The position numbers and the translations under genes were made by a program. From Oscillospiraceae bacterium (GTDB taxonomy: Bacteria; Bacillota; Clostridia; Oscillospirales; Ruminococcaceae), in the NCBI GenBank assembly GCA_045590375.1, contig JAZNQY010000095.1, positions 1 to 54,968 on the forward strand: a stretch of DNA of 54,968 nucleotides, read 5' to 3'. The notes below the pieces were generated by a model. The model made no database searches. It was given only the letters and a program-made list of their open reading frames with translations, and was not told the DNA's origin. Shown piece by piece: positions 54,871 to 54,968 of the stretch (position 1 is its first letter; each line of letters begins with the position of its first letter).

Positions 54871-54968
54871 AAGGTAATCAAAAAGAAGAAGTAAAATAAA
54901 AATCCCGAAGCTTTAAGCTTCCGTATTTTTTGTTTGGTCGGATTTTAAGGAATAACAGTAACAGTAAA

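Noticed and set aside
1-54968. Search by eye for CRISPR arrays, IS elements or transposases, integrases, phage modules, toxin-antitoxin pairs and known defence genes
   Set aside because: No regularly spaced direct repeats were found, and no ORF has recombinase, transposase, nuclease-defence or toxin signatures. The only mobile-element-like trace is the partial tRNA-Thr duplication, reported as a finding.

Overview
This is an AT-rich chromosomal segment from a Gram-positive, Clostridia-like Firmicute. Supporting signs are an HrcA/CIRCE-controlled dnaK operon, an alpha/beta-type SASP gene, cdaA-cdaR and a MraZ-led dcw cluster. I cannot assign a genus from sequence alone. I call about 50 protein genes and one tRNA, and nearly all are core housekeeping. 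In window order they are as follows. (1) A partial membrane protein, rqcH, nif3-like, trmK, a DUF1858 protein, a zinc-ribbon protein, a SigH-like sigma factor, a lone fumarase/tartrate-dehydratase beta subunit and a DivIVA-like coiled-coil protein. (2) A minus-strand dcw cluster: mraZ-rsmH-ftsL-PBP-murE-murF-mraY-ftsW-murG-murA-ftsQ-ftsZ. (3) A DD-carboxypeptidase, a metallophosphoesterase, ppk and nadE. (4) hrcA-grpE-dnaK-dnaJ, an MCP, a SASP and a DUF2975/YozG-type HTH pair. (5) tRNA-Thr(GGU), secA and ung. (6) A 7TM hybrid histidine kinase with Hpt plus a triple-receiver protein. (7) A small unknown protein, a COG2509 FAD protein, cdaR-cdaA, a class-V aminotransferase with DUF3343, and a YjbR-like protein. 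(8) A MoxR-DUF58-transglutaminase operon. Several ORF-track starts are shortened to the ATG/GTG that has a Shine-Dalgarno sequence. I recognised no CRISPR array, transposase, integrase, phage gene or toxin-antitoxin gene. I do not see a convincing new multi-gene system. The least ordinary items are: (a) a 144-bp-period module in which tRNA-Thr is followed by a degenerate tRNA-Thr-like copy with its own terminator; (b) a structured 545-bp intergenic region upstream of mraZ with three stacked terminator-like hairpins and an NrdR-box-like 16-bp palindrome with no nrd gene nearby; (c) a two-gene H-D-H-D phosphorelay ending in an output-less triple-REC protein; (d) the poorly understood MoxR-DUF58-transglutaminase operon. 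All functional calls come from motif recognition by eye, and no database search was run.
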